A stretch of 64,000 bases of DNA from Auanema rhodensis (taxonomy: Eukaryota > Animalia > Nematoda). This document shows positions 60,730 to 64,000 of this stretch, in pieces (within the stretch, counting starts at the first letter, position 1; every line of letters starts with the position of its first letter). The stretch is taken from positions 10,540,001 through 10,604,000 of the forward strand of contig OZ059900.1 in NCBI GenBank assembly GCA_964057225.1, given 5' to 3'. The position numbers were made by a program, and so were the translations under genes. The notes under the pieces were generated by a model, which saw only the letters and a program-made list of their open reading frames with translations, ran no database searches and was not told the DNA's origin.

Positions 60730-63700
60730 CCATATAAGACTAATTATAAAAAAAATAAAGTAAAAATGATGAAAACACAAAAAAAAATAATATTCAAATA
60801 ATATAATAAGCACAATGTATTATAAAACTAGTCAATTGTCAAGAAACAAGCAATAAAGTTATTTATCCTGTCGTGTTCTTAAACTCTCCTACTTCTTGTT
60901 ACATTCCATTCTACCCAATTCCATTGAACTTGATGCTCTTATTCAGAGTTGTAATATATAATTATCTCAAAATTCCTTGCCAAATTATTTATTCTTTTTC
61001 CATATTTCCATTTCCAAGCTCAGTCTACTATTATTCAATAAACTATACAAGTTTGTGTGTGTCGTATCATTCATTTATTGATTTGTACAATTTTATATTA
61101 TCAAATGTTAAGGTTTATTGTATGTACTTACCATTTGTTTTTATTCAATGTAATAAATCTCTCAATGAAATTGTTTAATTTTTTTAATCCACAAACTCTA
61201 CAGTAATTTAAAATTGAAAATAAAAGCATTTGAATCATACCAACAACATTTAGGAAAATAAACTATTTTCTTTACTTTCTCATTAAAACAAGTTTTGTAA
61301 AAACTATTCAAACAGTATTATGATAGTAATCGGAAAATTCAGAGAAAAAATTTTAAAAACTAAATTGAAATATCAAGATCTTAATGATGAAATCATTTGC
61401 TTTCCCAATCGTGTTATAGAAGAACTTCATAGGAAAACGAGAAATTTCAAAAAGCCTAATGAATGAAGCGGAATTGAATTAAAAATTTGAAAAATTACGA
61501 TTTTCGTCTCAAAGAAATTCATTTGCACAATTGGCAATGATATGGTAAATCTTTGATTTGAAATGTCCAATTTCGAGCTCATTTCGTACATTGAACTTTT
61601 CAAATTAAACTATAAATTAAACAATATTCTATATATAGAAGAATGGCGTCAATACGTTTAGTTGCTCTTTTTTTTGTTCTTTTTTTACCTTTATTTAGAA
61701 TGAAATTCATATGTCTACTACTAAACCTATCATATATTCGAAAGGATAACTTCATCAATCTCTATTTTTATATGATTAGATGTAGTTCAATCAAATTAAC
61801 CTTTCTTGAATATTATTTTAGGAGAAATAAATGTTTTGGTAAATGCTGCTCAATAGAATGCTAGCCAGCCAATATATGAATATGAATTGTATTATTTAAT
61901 GTCATTCTTCCTTTCTAACCTTTTTCTCAGTCACAGAAAATATATGCTATGATGATTAACAGAAGTTTCAAGGAAAAGCAAATTGTAAGAGAATATAATA
62001 TTCGTTTTCATTCGTAATTTATAGTATTTATGCTGATATTTGTTTATTAATTGTTAATTTCAGATACAACACCATATATGAATTTCAAAGTTTTCATTGA
62101 AATGTATTCAAGAAAAAAAATTATAAAATTTATTTTGCGTTTATTACATTTGCTGACCAAACAGCAATCAAAACTTCAAAGTTTGATCAAGAAATATCAA
62201 AATTATTTCAACAAATGTTGTCTTTTGGTTGCTTTGAAGGTGGAGTGATGTCATTGTCTTTTGAGAAAACATTTTTAACTTAGCTTCCATTCATTCATAT
62301 GTAATATGATTATAACATCTGAATATTTTAATTTAATTTTATAATCTACTTCAACAGAATTTTTATTTTTAACATCAAATATAAAATAATATGAACAATA
62401 CAATCAAACGTATGATAATCTATTTAAATGAATTATTATAATCTAAAAATCTAAAATAAACTTGTATGTATAATCCTCTAAGAAATTGAATGTCATAGCT
62501 ATTATAGAACAACTGAATACTGCGAATACGTTTTAATTCCGGTAATCTATTCTATCAATTCTTTCTCAACTGTTCGTTTAAGCAAAAATATTTCAAAAAA
62601 CTCAGAACACTATGTGTATATTAAGTATAATATTTTAATATGTAAAAGTAGGTAAAAACTGAAAAAAAAAAAGAATAAAAAAATATAAAAATTCTGTTTT
62701 TTCCTGCTAGAAAATAATCGATACTCGTATTTTTTATTCGTTTATTTTTTTTATTTAAGCAAACTGTAACAAATAAAATATTATAAAAAGAGAGAAGAAG
62801 ACAATGCAAACGACATTTTTAAAATTCATATGAACATATTTATAACATATTTATTTCTATTCCTAGAATAGATAGATATACATATATAGTATAGTATAAT
62901 ATAATAAACTATATGTATATATTTAGTCTTATTATGATGTGTGCAAGAGAGTATATAGATATACATATCATAATGAATATCATGAGAGCTTACTAACTCA
63001 TATATCTCATCTTTCCTTTTACTTGATTCAACTTTATTATTTGTAGTTATATTAAGGCTTTCTCACTCTACTATTAGAAAGTAAACCTTATTCCACCTAT
63101 CGTCATTGCAATCCTATTCTCTCTCTTTCTTTTTATCCTTCTTCTACTTGCAATCAGTCTCACTTTCTTAAACAACATCGCGATTTCCTTTCAATTTCCT
63201 TATTTTGTGTTAAATTAAGAGCCCGACTCAGAACAGAGTATGTTCATCATTCCATCCATCCTTATAACTAATTTTACTCTCAATATTCTATTCTATAAGC
63301 TGTCCTCACACGATATAGTTATAAGAATCATACTTATCAATCTGGCTGTAGTCATCCAGCTGTGATCTCATCTATCTAAACCACACCCTTTATTCATTTT
63401 TTTGTGAAATTTCTTCTCGCTTTTGAAATTTTTTTCAAATATTTCATCTATAGAATCTATACATATTTTTAACTATATTCAATAGACATTTTTTCAATTT
63501 AGTCAATTTATCGTCTACTTTTCAAATAATCAAAAGTTTAGGCTTCACAGAGAGAGCGAAATAGTTAGTAAAACTGAGAGAGCAATAAAGAATACTAGGT
63601 AGACTGTGACGATTGAGCAACTCAGACTAAAGATTGCTGACTGTATTTATAATAGTTTAAAAACCTTTTCAAAACATTCTAAATAGTTTTCACATACAAT

Positions 63701-64000
63701 TGGAAGATTAAATTAGTCTGTATATCGCTGCATGCGAGAGCTTTGTGAATGCCTCTCCTGAAAAAAAACCTATTCTCCACTTTTGCATTGTCGTCAGACT
63801 GAATTTTGAAGAAACTTTTGATATTTTACATTGAACCATCAATTATAAGTTAAGTAAATGAATTTCAAAGAATCTTTTTAGTTCAAATCTACAAACATTG
63901 AAAAGAAAACAGGTATTTTGAAGAAATGTCAACTACTTTCTTGTTATTTTATCTGATACGCTAACGTTTTACCCATTTCCCTTACCTCAGTTTTCAGTTC

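Overview
AT-rich eukaryotic DNA from a rhabditid nematode: introns are mostly 40-60 nt, acceptors are TTTCAG-type, trans-splice-type acceptors sit just upstream of several ATGs, and (CT)n microsatellites are common. Most entries in the ORF track are spurious, and the real genes only appear after manual splicing. Confidently recognised conserved genes are acn-1 (-), erd-2 (-) and unc-3/COE (+). Also present are a MOLO-1-like TPM-domain receptor modulator (-), an EB-module cysteine-rich protein (+) and a CX-like single-pass membrane protein (+). Two small spliced genes absent or fragmented in the ORF track encode an 80-aa chromo/chromoshadow-like protein (9.1-9.4 kb) and a ~113-aa SUMO-like protein without a di-glycine (25.7-26.2 kb). 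The striking part is a 12.4-kb rearranged island (28,090-40,516). It is bounded by ~1.7-kb near-identical inverted repeats, each carrying an intact MARVEL-like 4-TM gene. Inside lie: (1) a ~1,360-aa intron-containing gene whose C-terminal exons read like a degenerate tyrosine-recombinase fold, with an in-frame internal duplication; (2) a 152-bp tandem array; (3) a ~230-bp direct-repeat pair; (4) an orphan gene; and (5) a 3 x 327-bp exon-intron tandem repeat of a small Cys-rich gene in which the exons have diverged but the introns are identical. Domain calls were made by eye and need profile or structure searches.
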